DNA of 64,000 nucleotides from Chlorokybus atmophyticus (GCA_009103225.1 RHPI01002161.1:199115-263114); one strand, 5' to 3'. Positions 12,413-26,148 are shown, counted from the stretch's first letter. Notes: generated by a model not told the origin, from the sequence alone. Translations and numbers: made by a program.

Positions 12413-12623
12413 ACTGCTGGTTGCTGCATAACAGTACCCTCAACAGCAGCCAGAATCAAAGGTACTTCGTGTATTTACCAGTTACTGCTGTTGTGATGTG
12501 AACAACAACAACAACTGCTGGTTGCTGCATAACAGTACCCTGAACAACCCTCAACAGCAGCCAGAATCAAAGGTACTTTGTGTGTTAACCAGTTACTGCT
12601 GTTGTGATGTGAACAACAACAAC
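12413..12623. repeat. Imperfect tandem duplication, two copies of about 100-110 bp
   Basis: actgctggttgctgcataacagtaccct...cagcagccagaatcaaaggtactt...ccagttactgctgttgtgatgtgaacaacaacaac occurs twice back to back; copy 2 has a 10-nt insertion. Confidence 0.9.
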
Positions 12624-13422
12624 AGGTAGCAGTGGAGGTCGCTTGCTGCTGCTTGTCAGCCACGAAGATAATGTCAAAAACGGCAACAGCAAGCAGCTGA
12701 TGCGGACTACTGTTGAAGTAGTTGTTGCAATGTCAACATATTGGCAACGTATAGCAAGATTAAGACAGTTGCACCTCGCATTGCATGTACAGGTGCATGC
12801 AGGTGAGCAGGAGGAATATAATGGCGAAGGCGACTCCGCTGTCCAATGCTTGAGGATGCCCTAGAGCCGCCCACGCACAGTGAGCGGAGCAGGGTGATGG
12901 AGGCAGTGCTGAGGAGAGGAAAGGGAGGTGGAGTCAGCCTGTTGTCTGCTGCTGCTGCCACGGCTGTGCAGTGGATGCTGGGAAAATACACGCACTGTGT
13001 GCAGTGATTGAATGTGCATGCATTCATGCCGAACGGGAATAATAGCAGTTGTGAAGATAGCGGACCTGTTGCACATAGCCCGGTGGTGGCTGTAAACACA
13101 GGTCTTGTACGATGTGTCAGTGCTAGGCATGCATGTCATGCTTGTCACAACACTGCATTCTTTGTACACACACATATGCACATGGTAGCATAGGGCGGGC
13201 CGTGTTGTAAGCAGACACGGCCTGGTACATACCAGCTTTACCCTTACATATGCATCGATACAACAACCACTCCAATTAGCCAAGCTTAAGGGCTAGGCTG
13301 AGGGGGCTGATTCTATGCTGCCAGCACTACTCCTGTCCGCAGCTGCTGGAATCAGTAGATTCTCACGCTGATGCAACTTGCCTGCCTGGAAACTAATGCA
13401 ATTGCACAACGCAGCCTCACAA

Positions 13423-16100
13423 TCAATATTTCAATTTGGTACACACAACATTAAACTGTCCTTGTGTGCACTGCAATTGCTTTATCACTGCTGCCTGCAT
13501 GATCGGTTTATGTCGCCAGCATGCCAGCTCTTCCTCAGAGAAACTGCCGCCGTTCTGCCCATCCTGCCCTGATGATGGCGTTACACTCGGGGTGGACAGC
13601 GGTTGGTTGAGGTGCTCGTTGAACACATGCGATTGGCTGTCATGCGCAAAGCTGCAAAGTGATTACAGAAGTTAGCAAGCCTATCAAGGAGCCAGTGTGG
13701 AAGGAAAACAACGACAGGCACCTTGCTGAAAAGTCCCCATCGTGCTGATCGCGCAGCATTGTGCATAGTCTGTGCACCACCCAAGGAGGAAGGCAGCTTT
13801 GTTTCTCCAAAACCATTGTGTGGATTTTACCGTTGGCAGTGGCGTCACCCAGCGCAGGGTCAGGTGCATTAGATCCCAAGCTATGCGCAACATTGCACTG
13901 AACCTGCACAACCAAGCAAGTGTATCAATTAACCAAGTGACTGCCAGCAGGCTGATCAAGCTGGCTTCAAAAAGCAATACATATGTGTGCGTGAAACCAA
14001 CAGCTGAGTGACTTACTTGGTAGTGGCGCATGGATGCGTTGACAAATGCAACAGGTGCGTGCAGCTCAGGCACGTCGGACATGGCCCCAAAGCTAGCAAC
14101 CAGAGACCTGCACAGTACAGCTGCATCAGCACCGTCACTTGGCATGGCAGGCAGTAGCAGACCAGTGCCCCCTGTTTCATGCATACCTGTAATTCAACAA
14201 GAAGTCGAAAAGTGCATGCACACTCCTGGCGCCTTGCAGGCTCAACATGGACACTGGACTGTTGTCGAGCGCAACAGCAGCATCAATGTAGCGCATCTGC
14301 ACAGCACACAAGCAATCAGCAACACCAATTCTTGTGAAGTGCGCGACACAGAGGGCCACAGCAACGCAGATTTATGTGGTAACGTGGTCAAGGAGGAGCT
14401 TTATACCATGAATGTACCTGTCCCGCCTTGGTTTGCTCCATCTCCTTGAGTTCCAGCAGTGCAACCGGATCATCAAGGCGTGCATCACAGAGTGGCATCG
14501 TAAACGTAACATCATGCTCCCTGGAAGCTTGTGTTCAGATGCAGCACTGTTTGCAGGTCATAGGAGGACATCAGCAGTGAGGCTGTTAATACCTCAGCTG
14601 GTTGCGAAGCCCCTTTGTTGAACGTGTTATCACTGCTGTGCACTGCACAGTCCCGCTGACTCCCGCTGCGCGAAACACTGCAGAGAACTGCGTCGTGGTG
14701 TCTGCGTGTATAACTTTAATCACACCGCAATCCGGCAGGAAGTATTTCAAGTGATGACCATGCACGTGGCAGTCGTCTTACACAGAAAGCAGCTGCAGCG
14801 TCCCTTGCGTGTCATGTAATAGAGTGATCGCAGTGCATCCTCCCATGCTCTCTGCCGCGATGCTAACCAACTTTTCTCTGCGCAAGTCATGTTAACCATA
14901 CATATTTGGACTTGCGGCCAACCTGCTATTGTTGATACCTGCGGGCGTGGTGCTGTGAGCTGTTACGCTGCTCCTCACAGAAGGAGGCAGCACCGTTGCG
15001 GGGTGCGCCCAACTCAACAATGCACGTGCTAATTGCGCAGGTCGGCTGCTCGCAGGCACCTTACCCGATGCCACAAACGACTGAACGCCGAGGCACTCGT
15101 CATCTGGAGAAATTTGACGGCACCTGCGTGGATGATGTAATAATCGTGAGGTTTGCTCTGACGACATGTGAGCTGCAGTTGCTTCCTAACAGCAGGCTTT
15201 ACCATGGCTTACCAGTCAAAGGGTTCTTGCGAAGTGAAGCGCACCGAGGTTTTCAGACTCCAGTCAAATGGCGCATCGTCCAAAGGTCCCAAGATTGTGT
15301 TATTCGCGCTGGCAGGTGGCTTGCCGCCATGGTTGGCGGACACAGGCAACTGCAGCACCTGTTGAAACATAGCCATAGCTGCTTGGTCTGCCCGCAACAA
15401 TGCTGCACTTGCATGCATTGCCATGTGATATGAGATCTCATGCTGTACAACAGTGTGTACCTTTCATTGTACGCATACAGACAACAAAGAACGTCTTCAA
15501 TTGATGCCACATGCGGTCTGAATAAAATGACAACACACACACCTTTGCAAGTCCATTGTCCGCAGCAGGCACCGCCACAAGCTCTGTGGACTTCTGAGAC
15601 AAAGCGTTGGGGCGCAGGGCGGCACTGAGCGATTGAGATAGCTGCTTACGCCCTCCATCAGGGTTCTCTGCTGCTCGCAACACACCAAGAATCCCAGAAC
15701 CGCTGCATGGTAACACGACACATGAACACGGCTGTACGATCTGTATAACCTAAGTATGACGCAATTCACTTAGTCTCAAGTTGATAATGGCAACTGGCTT
15801 ACACGTTCTGCTCCACTCGCGCTACAGAGTCTGACACCGCCTTGGTCTGCTTGTTGTCTGTCTTATTCTGCACAAGGGCAAAGAAGTTGGCATCAAAGTC
15901 AGCCACCAAGCACTGCATTGCTCCAACAAAGGCATGCTCTTGCTGCACTGAATGTACCAAAAGCAGACCATGCGATGAGTTTCAAAGACACATACCCTAA
16001 GTTCACTTAAAGCGGAGCGCTTGCTTCCGGGCTTCGTGGCCGGGTAGCTGTCCGGGATTGTGGCCACCTGCCCAGCCCGATTACCGCCTAGCCTCGTCAT
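13423..16100 (-). CDS. DONSON: DONSON (downstream neighbor of SON) replication protein, multi-exon
   Basis: Exon peptides KRSALSELR, PFDWSLKTSVRFTSQEPFDW, STKGLRNQLREHDVTFTMP, LSLQGARSVHALFDFLLN and VPELHAPVAFVNAS match conserved DONSON blocks in order. Start codon 16100 is tentative. Confidence 0.82.
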
Positions 16101-16134
16101 CACCCATCAGGAAGCTCTCACTCCAGCAGCTCAC

Positions 16135-16142
16135 AAACCCTA
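16135..16142. promoter_or_regulatory. Telo-box (AAACCCTA) in the DONSON/EF-G divergent promoter region
   Basis: Motif lies 35 nt upstream of the putative DONSON ATG. Telo-boxes are established in green-plant promoters of replication/translation genes. Other copies at 46888-46896 and 56276-56284. Confidence 0.4.
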
Positions 16143-16796
16143 GTCCGCATGCTTAGGAGCGCACTGAGAGCTTCGCTGCTAGGCATTACACCACAATCTC
16201 AAGATTTGCATGCAAATCTCGTTGCAACCAGAAGGTCAATGTACCCAGGTCAAAACCAAGCATTGCAGCTCATCCTATTGTACAACCACAGGCATTACGC
16301 ATACAGCAGCGTCCATTCACACAAACCAGTTGCCTCACGATCAGCCTCAAGCAACCAGGTCACTACCACAGGCGGCTTACCAGACGTCCAGCTGTTGCGG
16401 CACGCTAAGTCAGCCTGCAAGCATCAATGAAACGCTCCACAGCAGCCTGCGACTAGCAGACTAAGACTAAGCTACCTAGTGCAGTCCAGCAAGCAAGCCA
16501 CAGTACCGACAATGAGCAGCCGAGCCACTCCAGCTCGCAACACTGCCGCCCCACCAGGCCACAGCCAACGTCAACGCCCAGCTTTGAAATGCAGCTGTTG
16601 AAAGGCGGCAAAACTTTACTTGGCTAAGTAACTCTGTTAGTTAGCCAGGGTTTGCCGCTGATTCTGTCCGAATTGAAGTTAGGCTGTATTACAGTATAAC
16701 CGCGGTTAGATTGAGCCGCCAGCGGCGGCGGCGGCGGCGGCGGAGGAGGAGGAGGAGGAGGACGACGAGGACACAGGCGGTGGTGGCGGGGTTGGG

Positions 16797-19700
16797 ATGG
16801 TGCGGCACAGGGCGCTATTGGCTCTGCTGCGCCGTCCCTGCACGCCCGTTGCTGCTGGCGGCTGGCACAGTGCTTATGGCGTGCTGAGCTCATGTTTTCA
16901 GGTGCTGCTCCTTGGTGCATGTGGTACTAGACTGTTTGATCTGCTTGACTTCGCTTGCACCTTACGGCGCAAATGTTACAGTGTTGGAGCAACCAGCTTG
17001 TCAGCTCAGAGTACGTTGTTGAAGCATGCAGGCTGTGTCAACTCTGCATGCCATCTACTCGGTTTGTGACATGCAGCAGCACCCCTGCTGTTGTTTGAAG
17101 AACAATGTAGTTGAGACGTGTAGTCAATGCAAATTGTTAGTGAGCTGCATGGTGAAGGAAACCATTGCACACGCATGATGGACTGCACACAGCTTGCAAC
17201 TGTACACAGTGATGTTATTGGCTTCATGCTGGACGTATAATAATCAGCAGCAAAGTGCCCATACGGTGAGAACAGCAGTATAAGCAACGACCAAGTACAC
17301 ATGCTGCTACTTGAATCGTGCTCTGATTATCACATGGTACTGTGCTTGTTGACAGCATATGGTTTCACTCTACTACTTGCATGCAGGCACACACAAACAG
17401 TCAGTCTCACATTGCAAACTGTAACAGGAAATCGTGGGGGTGCCAGTATGGGGCATCAAACCCGCTCAGTTTCGCGCTTATGCCGCCATGGCAGCCACAG
17501 CGGTGCGTTGTTGCTCTTTCCGAAACCTCTTGTTGATGGAAGGCAGTATTTGACAGACTAACGCGCACTTACTTTCAGGAGTCTCCTGACAATTACCTCC
17601 ATAGGCTACGTAACATTGGCATATCTGCTCACATTGACTCGGGCAAAACAACTTTGACGGAGCGCGTGCTTTTCTACACCGGACGAATCCATGAGATTCA
17701 CGAGGTTTGTGGCCGTGTGTTATGTAACCGTATTTATTTACATGATACTTCATTATCGCAGAGGCGTTGTACTCATGAATAACTCAATCAGGTCAGGGGT
17801 AGGGATGGGGTGGGGGCAAAGATGGACTCAATGGAACTGGAGAGGGAAAAGGGTATCACCATACAGTCGGCTGCAACGTATTGCAGTTGGGGCGACCATC
17901 AGATTAACATCATTGACACACCAGGTTAGTAGTTCGTTTGATCAAACAATATTGTTGTGGAAGGCACATTGCGTGGTGTATGACATGCCTGTCTGCAGGC
18001 CATGTCGATTTCACCATTGAGGTTGAAAGGGCTTTGCGCGTGCTGGATGGCGCCGTGTTGGTGTTGTGCAGCGTTGGCGGGGTTCAGTCGCAAAGCATAA
18101 CGGTCGATAGGCAGATGCGTAGGTATGCGGTACCTCGGCTCGCTTTCATTAACAAGCTGGATCGCACTGGCGCCGACCCTTGGAAAGTCGTGAGCCAAGT
18201 GCGTGCCAAGCTAAAGCAACATTGCGCAGCCGTCCAGGTATGAAGTGCATGTTGTCAATTGGTTATCATCATGTATGCCTGTAGCCATGACCGATGTGAT
18301 GCTCACGCAGTGCATGTGCCTTCTTGCATAGGTGCCTATTGGCCTTGAGACCGACCTTGTTGGGTTGGTTGACCTTGTTGATATGCGAGCCTACTACTAC
18401 GAAGGTGCCAACGGGTACGGTTCACAGCTGTGACTTCTGGTCATGTCAGCAATGAAAACTGCAATACATGCTATATGGCGTGCAAGCCAATATGTAACTG
18501 CGCGTGCGCAGGGAGAAGATTCGACAGGCTGAAATTCCTGACAATTTGCACGCGTTCTGTGAAGAAAAGCGTAAAGAACTTATTGAGACCGTGTCTGAGG
18601 TTGATGATACATTGGCAGAAATCTTCTTAAACGACGAGCCCATCACAGAGCAAGTGCTGCAGGTATTGAGTAACATTGCTGCTTTTGCTTGAGTTGCTCT
18701 AAGAGGTGCAAGAGCAGCTTACATGCAGTGCATGGTTATTGATGACGTGCACGAGTAGCTCAATTACAATACTTGTGCAGGCTGCTGTTCGGCGTGCCAC
18801 GCTGTCACTGGCGTTTATGCCTGTATTCATGGGCTCCGCATTCAAGAACAAGGGCGTGCAGTCTCTTCTTGATGGCGTCGTCGAGTACCTTCCATGTGAG
18901 TAGTAAAGATTAATAAACAGTAGTGAGCAAGCCACTCCTCTGCAAGTACTTACACCGTATGCCTTGCAACCTCATCCTCTCTTCTCTGCAGGTCCTCTGG
19001 AGGTGAAGAACCATGCTCTTAATCAGGCCAATAACGAGGAGCAGGTGGAGCTACACAAGGATCCCAGCGCACCGCTTGTCGCCCTGGCTTTCAAGCTTGA
19101 AGAAGGACGGTTCGGCCAGCTTACCTACATGAGGATTTACGACGGCACTCTGAGTAGGGGAGAACCCGTTTTCAATGTCAATAACAACAAGAAGATAAAG
19201 GTATGGGCAGAGAGACAGTTGGCTGATTGCTGTATTGTGTATTTATATTATGACTGCTTCAATATCCAACTATACTGATCTGTGTTAGGTACCAAGGCTG
19301 GTGCGCATGCACGCGGATGACATGGAGGACATCCAGGAGGCTCGTGCCGGGGAGATTGTTGCCATGTTTGGTGTGGACTGCGCGTCCGGCGACACATTTA
19401 CAGATGGAACCGTGCAGTACACTATGACCTCCATGAACGTGCCTGAACCTGTGATGTCGCTGGCCATTTCTCCCGCCTCCAAAGACGTGTCACCACAGGT
19501 ATGACATTAGCCCTGATTCTGATCTTAAGCCACCCGTTGACCCGCAAGTCCTGCTGTTGTAGCTAGGGTGTGTGGCCTTGTGATTGACACATGCGATTGC
19601 AGTTTTCCAAGGCATTGAACCGGTTTGTGAAAGAAGACCCGACATTCCGGGTGAGCGTAGATCCAGAGAGTGGACAGACCATCATCTCCGGCATGGGTGA

Positions 19701-21056
19701 ACTGCATTTGGATATCTATGTGGAGCGCATGCGGCGCGAATACAAGGTGTGTTCGTACACGTGTGCATGTGAGCGCAAAACATGCATTGCGATTGTTATG
19801 TTCAGCGCTGGGGCTATTCGCTTGTTTGCTTGCAGCTGTGGATGTACTGTGTCAACGCTTGCCAAACATGCTTGTGCCAAAGGTAAACACAGAGGTGGGT
19901 AAACCGCAAGTCAACTTCAGGGAGACCATCACCCAGTCGGCCACTTATGACTACCTGCACAAAAAGCAGAGCGGTGGTCAGGGCCAGTACGGTCGTGTCG
20001 CCGGGTAAGATTCACAGCGTGTTTACACTTGATGAATAGTACACAGTACTTGACTGGTGCTTTGGCTTAAGTTGCTTGCGCATATTTGTATGCACTCATA
20101 TGCAGGTACATTGAGCCATTGCCAGAGGACAGCCCTGAGAAATTTGTGTTTGAAAACGCCATCATCGGGAACGTGATCCCGCCCACATACATCACAGCTG
20201 TGGAGAAAGGCTTCAAGGAGGCCATCAACAGCGGCTCACTGATCGGTTACCCTGTGGAAGGAGTCAGGGTGGTTTTGAATGACGGCGCTACGCACACTGT
20301 CGATTCCAGCGAGCTGGCGTTCAAGCTTGCTTCCATTTACGCGTTCCGCCAGGTAAGCATGTTACATCCTGCTGGGTTGCAGTGCACCTGTCTGGTACAC
20401 CTTGCATCGTAGAGTGACAGGTTGGTTATGAACTTTCATGACACTGGGCTTGTGGTACCTTGATTGTTGTTCAGGCTTATAACAGTGCCAAGCCAGTGAT
20501 CTTGGAACCAGTCATGGATGTCGAGATCAAGGCACCGCAGGAGTTTCAAGGCACGATCATTGGCAACATCAACAGGCGGAAGGGTGTTATTCTTGGCAGT
20601 GACACTGCTGGTGACGACGTCACAATCCAAGCGCAGGTTCGTATGTTTGCTTTGTCCTTCGCTTATCTTGGCGCTGGTGTTATCCACGCATGATGGCGTC
20701 ATTGGTCACAGTCATATGTAGAGCCAAGCATTCCATTGCTGCTATCACAATAGTCACCTGGTACCAAAAAACCCTTGTTATACACTACAACACTACAATA
20801 CCCATACTAAACACATCACATATGTTTCTGCCAAGTGTGCACAGCACGATTTAGTCCGCTTGTCTACGGCGCCTTACCTTGACAATTGCTGCAGGTACCA
20901 CTGAATCAAATGTTTGGTTATTCGACGGATTTGCGATCGATGACGCAAGGCAAGGGCGAGTTCACGATGGAGTACGCCTGCCACATGCGCGTCTCACAGG
21001 ATGTCCAGGCAGAGCTTGTTGACACCCACAAGCACAGGAGAGGAGGGCAACATTGA
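16797..21056 (+). CDS. GFM1: Mitochondrial elongation factor G (EF-G1), multi-exon
   Basis: [122 protein letters not shown]-terminus is Arg/Leu-rich and presequence-like. Stop TGA 21054-21056; 5' exon structure uncertain. Confidence 0.95.
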
Positions 21057-22468
21057 TGTGGGGTGGTTTAGGATTCTTGATTGGTTTTGGGTAGACTAGG
21101 GCAACATTGTCATGTTAGCCATGATGTTGCGCATTGAGGGTAGACAGGCAGCATCGGCTATGGCTTTGTTAAGTTAATTGACTGGTAGGAATGTTGATAG
21201 CGGCAGTTTGTATTATAAGATAAGACTTTGTTGGCGTGTTGCGCAACTTCCCATCGTCGTGTGGTGAGCTGTGAAGCGGGTTGCAAGCAGTGTACGGTGC
21301 TGTAGAACACTCGCACATTTCTTGCCAGCACTTGGATGCAAGTGCAGCAATTGGACTGTGCCAATATATGCATGACACATACACGGCAACGGCACAGGCG
21401 ACATTATCTTGTTGACGTGACACTTGCATGCTGCAAGTGACCTAACCCTAATTGGCCTAGCGGCAGCGTCAGCAGCCCGCGGTATCGAGCTTGCGGGCGG
21501 TAAGCGGCAGCGGAGTTGTGAAGGAGGGCGGGGGAGTTCTTGGAGTCTGCTGCTGTCACTGCAATGCAATAGGCTGGTCGCTAACCACCATCGCCGCGGC
21601 GCAGGTAGTTGCTGAACACCATGCATGCTGGTCGGACTAATGGGGCAGGGGCTTAGCGTGTTGGGTACAGAAGGCAAGCCCGGTGGAACTGCTGGTGTAG
21701 AGTGTAAGCATGGTGTGTGCCCATTCTTGCATATTGTGTTGATGTGCTGTTGCTTTTCACCCTTTGCATGTGACTAAATCAGCATACGATCTTTTGTACA
21801 GAGCTGAGCCTGGACAGCAGGGATACATTCCTGGCAGTCCTGGTCCATTAGATACAGCAACTGATGGATCTCGGACTTATTCCACTAGATTCGGTGCAAA
21901 CACATGTTGCATAGTGACGCGCTAATTACCACGACTTGCTACATGGTTAACGCATTGGTCCGGAGCGTGCAACTACGTTGCGGCATTACTGACCAGAGAG
22001 TTCGATCAGCGTCATCTTCATACGCGACATCGGCCTGCACAAAGTCAATGTACGTCGCATACGTAGGGCAAAACGGAGTCACTGATGCCGCGCAACATCA
22101 CATTTTCATGCACAGCGCTTCAACCATGCCGCTGCATCAACTCTAATTGACGCAGTGCCATCAAAACCACACCATGTCAAACCGTCCTAAAGGCAGCCAC
22201 ACTTGACAACAGAAACTAACTACCCTGGGGCCTGTACACTCGGAAGCCCTATCCGAGCTCTATGCAAGTATGTACACTCTGAAGGCGCACACTTGTCCAA
22301 GACTCTTTGACCTTGTCACACCGCCTCTGCAAAACATGCGAAAGGGAAACAAAAAGCACAACACCACTTGGTTTCTTGGACTCGCTGGTTTGTTATTTGC
22401 AGCTGTCCGCACTGCTGCTCTCTGATGAATGGCCGGCATTTATCAGTCAGTCAGTCAGTCAGGAGCCT

Positions 22469-23461
22469 CTAGCTCGATGAATCATCTGATGCAATTGTGC
22501 CATAAGCTGTGGCTGCAGCCCGGGCCTCATTGTCGCCAGCTCCAGGACCTTCCATGCTCACTCTGCCTGTGCTTTTGCCTGGGGGAGGGCCGGCGCTGCC
22601 GGCAGTGGTGCCATAAGCAGCGGCAGCATCGCCAGAAGTGTCTCCGCCTACGTTGCCAGGGTACGCCTGGCCAGTCACTGCGCCAGCCCCACCAATGCCA
22701 GTATCTGCTGTGCCGTAGTCGCCACCAGCAGTGCTGGTGTAAGCTGCACTCTCAGGCTTGTCCTTAGCCGCGCCCTGCATGCAGATGACAACTATAAAAG
22801 CAAGAACCGCATGCTTGTTAATAACAGCTCGACCTCATGCACGACTGAGACGCTAGCAGCAGCACAAACGGTTGGCAACTTGCAACACCAACAATGAGAC
22901 AGCGGCACACCGCTCGGCGACGCATACTTCACTAGAGTCTACTACGTTCTGATTTGCACTGGTGCGTCAAGAACGTAAGGATACGCGTGGCGTGGAGGTT
23001 TCAGTATGTATGCCAGCTACTACCTCACCTCACTCTCTTGAATCGGACGGATCCCCTGTTCTTCTAGAGATCGGTAGCGGTCTCCACCGGCATCTGGGTC
23101 TGCGCTGAACCTGCAGGCGAGAACCATTTACAGTAAGCCAGGCAACATGCACTATAGCTTTGCACACTCAGCTTCGATCAAGGTCATGCATGCAGGCTCT
23201 GTAAGCGGCTTACGGAGCCTGCATACATGACCTTTTTTACAGCCAAGTGTCCGTAACGGATGGAATGTGCAAGTCGCAGCCAAGCTTTTCATACACACTC
23301 ATTCAACAGTAACGTTAAGCTTGCATGCATTGATGAGATGTTAACAACGCGAAAGCAACACGCAATCCTCTCCTGTACCTGTCTCCCTCGCCGCCCGGCC
23401 CGCTGAGCCTGTCTCCCTGCAGCTCGACCCCCTGCCCCCGCGCCGTGTTCAGCTGCGCCAT
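22469..23461 (-). CDS. Small Gly/Ala/Thr-rich hydrophilic protein of unknown function (about 155 aa, 3 exons)
   Basis: MAQLNTARGQGVELQGDRLSGPGGEGDR|FSADPDAGGDRYRSLEEQGIRPIQESE|GAAKDKPESAAYTSTAGGDYG...DDSSS*. Both GT-AG introns are frame-consistent. Confidence 0.65.
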
Positions 23462-24026
23462 GACGCCCCTAACAATCACCACTACACCAGAGCCTCCTCC
23501 GCTCAACAACTCTCCTCACCGTAATTAAGACCATCACTAGCAACCTCCCGCCAACACTCTGCCGCACCGCAGCAGCACTGTGCAAAAGCGACTTGGCTGC
23601 ACCGCTAACTCCTACTTTCATGTGAGCCATCTGATCATAGAGCCATCATCAGATCGAACGATCTATGTACGACAGAACGTTACCAGTGTTACTAACGTTT
23701 GCTGCTATCTCGGAACAAATCTTTCTCATCTGTGACAAGTTTTGCGCACAGCAGCGTCCGTTGCTGTCATACTCCGACCGTCTGATATCTTGATTGGCCT
23801 GATCGGACGGCTTGCGGTCAGAAAGTGCAGATGTATGCTTGCAGCAGATTTGCATTTGTGGCACAAAGCGGATGCCAATGATGACAGACTCGCATGCAAC
23901 ATGATGACCGGGATGTGCTGTGTGCTTCTCTGTGCTTCGCTCTGCTGCTGGAAGATCAGCTCTGTTCAGCTGTGCTGCTTGCCACGTAGTGATTGCGGAG
24001 GGTGCTGTGGCTGGGCGTGCGGTCCC

Positions 24027-26148
24027 ATGGAGCTTAAGGGTCGTAGGCATGGACCTAGAGATCAGCTTGATTGGGTAACGCTGCCAGTAAGTACCCGTTG
24101 GAGGCTCCGCCGCCGCTGCCACCGCCGCTTACGCCTCCACCTGCAGAGGGAGGGCTGGGTGGGTGGGTGGGCGGGTGAGTGAGATGAGTGTTGATGTTGT
24201 TGAAGTGCGGGTTGCATGCTATGCATGAGCTGTGTTCGCCAACTTTGTGCTATGGCAGTGCATTGGATCTTTGAAAGGATGGTTGGTAGCTAGCGGCAAC
24301 CTTGGGTTGATGTACGCGGATGCTGCGTTACTGTATTAATATTGCAGTTGTCACTCCTGCATGGTTGGGTTGTGATTGAACTTGCTTCGCTTGTCTGCTG
24401 CTTGGAGCTGCTTGGCTTATGCATTGGGTGATTTGCACACAAACACGTCTTGTCATACGGGAGCAACTTATCCGGTTCAGTCAATCTAGTGACACAGTCT
24501 GCTTGCTTTCAGGCAGGTTGCAGGCAGCGCACACCCAGCCCATGTAAAGCTGACACCAGCTGCGTAAGACCAAGACTAACCTTCCTTTGACGCCAGACCA
24601 ATATAGCCATCATGGTGCTGTGGCCATGGTTTGTCGTAATCATCGTGTACACCGTCTTTGTGCTGGCCATGTCAATATGGCTGGTCACCACAGAATGGCC
24701 CGGAAGCAAGTACCACAAAACAGATATCGCCCCAGTGCCTTATCAGGTGACGATAGTTTTGAGGTTCATGCGCATGTTGACAGTGACACCTGTGGTGTAA
24801 ACAGTCGCAGCATTGATGTCCATGTCACTCTGTACTTTGTTGTATTGAAACGTTGCTCCTTCAGGCCGTGAGCAGAGGGTGGCTGCTCCCAGCATGGGCG
24901 TTGATGCTTATTCGGGCAGTGTTCTTTGGTTATTCGCTGGGTGTGCTGATTTATGATCGTGTGCACTATGGCAGCCACAATTGGGTCTTCTTCACCGTGT
25001 AAGTGTGCATTGTGTGAACAGCTGTTCCACCGGTATAGTGGGGTCATATTTCTAGCTCCCTCGTATGTTATGTTATGTTATGTTCCATGATATGTACTGC
25101 TATATATTGCTTATGGAAGTGCTGTTCCAGGTGGACATTCACCCTTCTGTGCGTCTACTTTGGGGTAAGCTTCGGATGCAACAAATGCGTGCATCACTCT
25201 TATTCAAAGCCAAGCAGGCCAGTCATGAAGGAATGCTGAGCACAATGTTCACTGCTTTGCTGTGTGAACAGTTTGGCACCATTCTGTCACTGTGCCAAAT
25301 CTTGTTCAAGAAGCACTTGCACGATCGCCCTCTTCAAGGCAGGGCGTTGCCTGGCACCGATCATGGGGGTCAAGCATATATTATCGGTGATGGTGTGACA
25401 GCAGCCACGGCACCCGCTGCAGCACCGGCCGGCAGCCAAGCTGTGGACGTGTCGGGTGCACATCACAAGTCGCATGACATTTACGGCCAGTCCAACTTCA
25501 CTCGCTTTTTCGTGCACGTCTTTGTTATTCTGCATCAAGTAAGCAAGCCTTGCAGAGTGTGCTTTGCATTGCAGGAGGTGGTTTACTCGTGCTAACAATA
25601 CACTTCGATCTGTCACAGACAGTAGTTGTGTCTTCACTGTTTGTGACAATGGTGGTCTGGGCTGCGCTGTATCCCATCAGCCATGACCGAAGCCTACTCT
25701 CTTTCTCATCATACTCCGAGCACATTGTCAACTCCGTGTTTGTTATTGTGGAATGGTTCCTGGTAGACGTCCCCTGGCAGAAAAGGCAAGGCACTTCGCA
25801 CCCCATTGCCTCTGTTTCCTGTTTGTAATTGCTGCACGCACACGTGCACGTGCACGTGCACGCTTGTGCGAGTGTGCATGCATGTGGTTGCGCGTGATGA
25901 TAGCCGTCTCTCGCAGATATGTGGTGTTCTGCTACCTTTGGGGCTACATCTTCTGCGTCTTTACATGGATCCGCCACTCGGTGTCGCACGATTGGCCGTA
26001 CAGCTTCATGAACCTCAACAAGGCGGCCGCGGTCGCGTGGTACCCTCTCATCGCGCTGTGGTACGGTGCCACCTTCACCGTCCTGTACGTGCTTAGCCGG
26101 ATCAAGCACAGATTTGTGCGTAAGCGCGTGGAGAGACTGATCTACTGA
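24027..26148 (+). CDS. Multi-pass membrane protein, rolling-stone / FAR-17a-AIG1-like
   Basis: Spliced hydrophobic exons with FFTVWTFTLLCVYFG, YSEHIVNSVFVIVEWFL and FTWIRHSVSHDWPYSFMN, typical of this family from memory. Start could be the upstream in-frame ATG at 23901. One GC-AG intron (25796-25916). Confidence 0.75.

Noticed and set aside
21213-21677. 154-aa minus-strand ORF containing TTAGGGTTAGG
   Set aside because: Low-information Pro/Arg-rich translation; the telomere-like 11-mer is too short to call an interstitial telomere.
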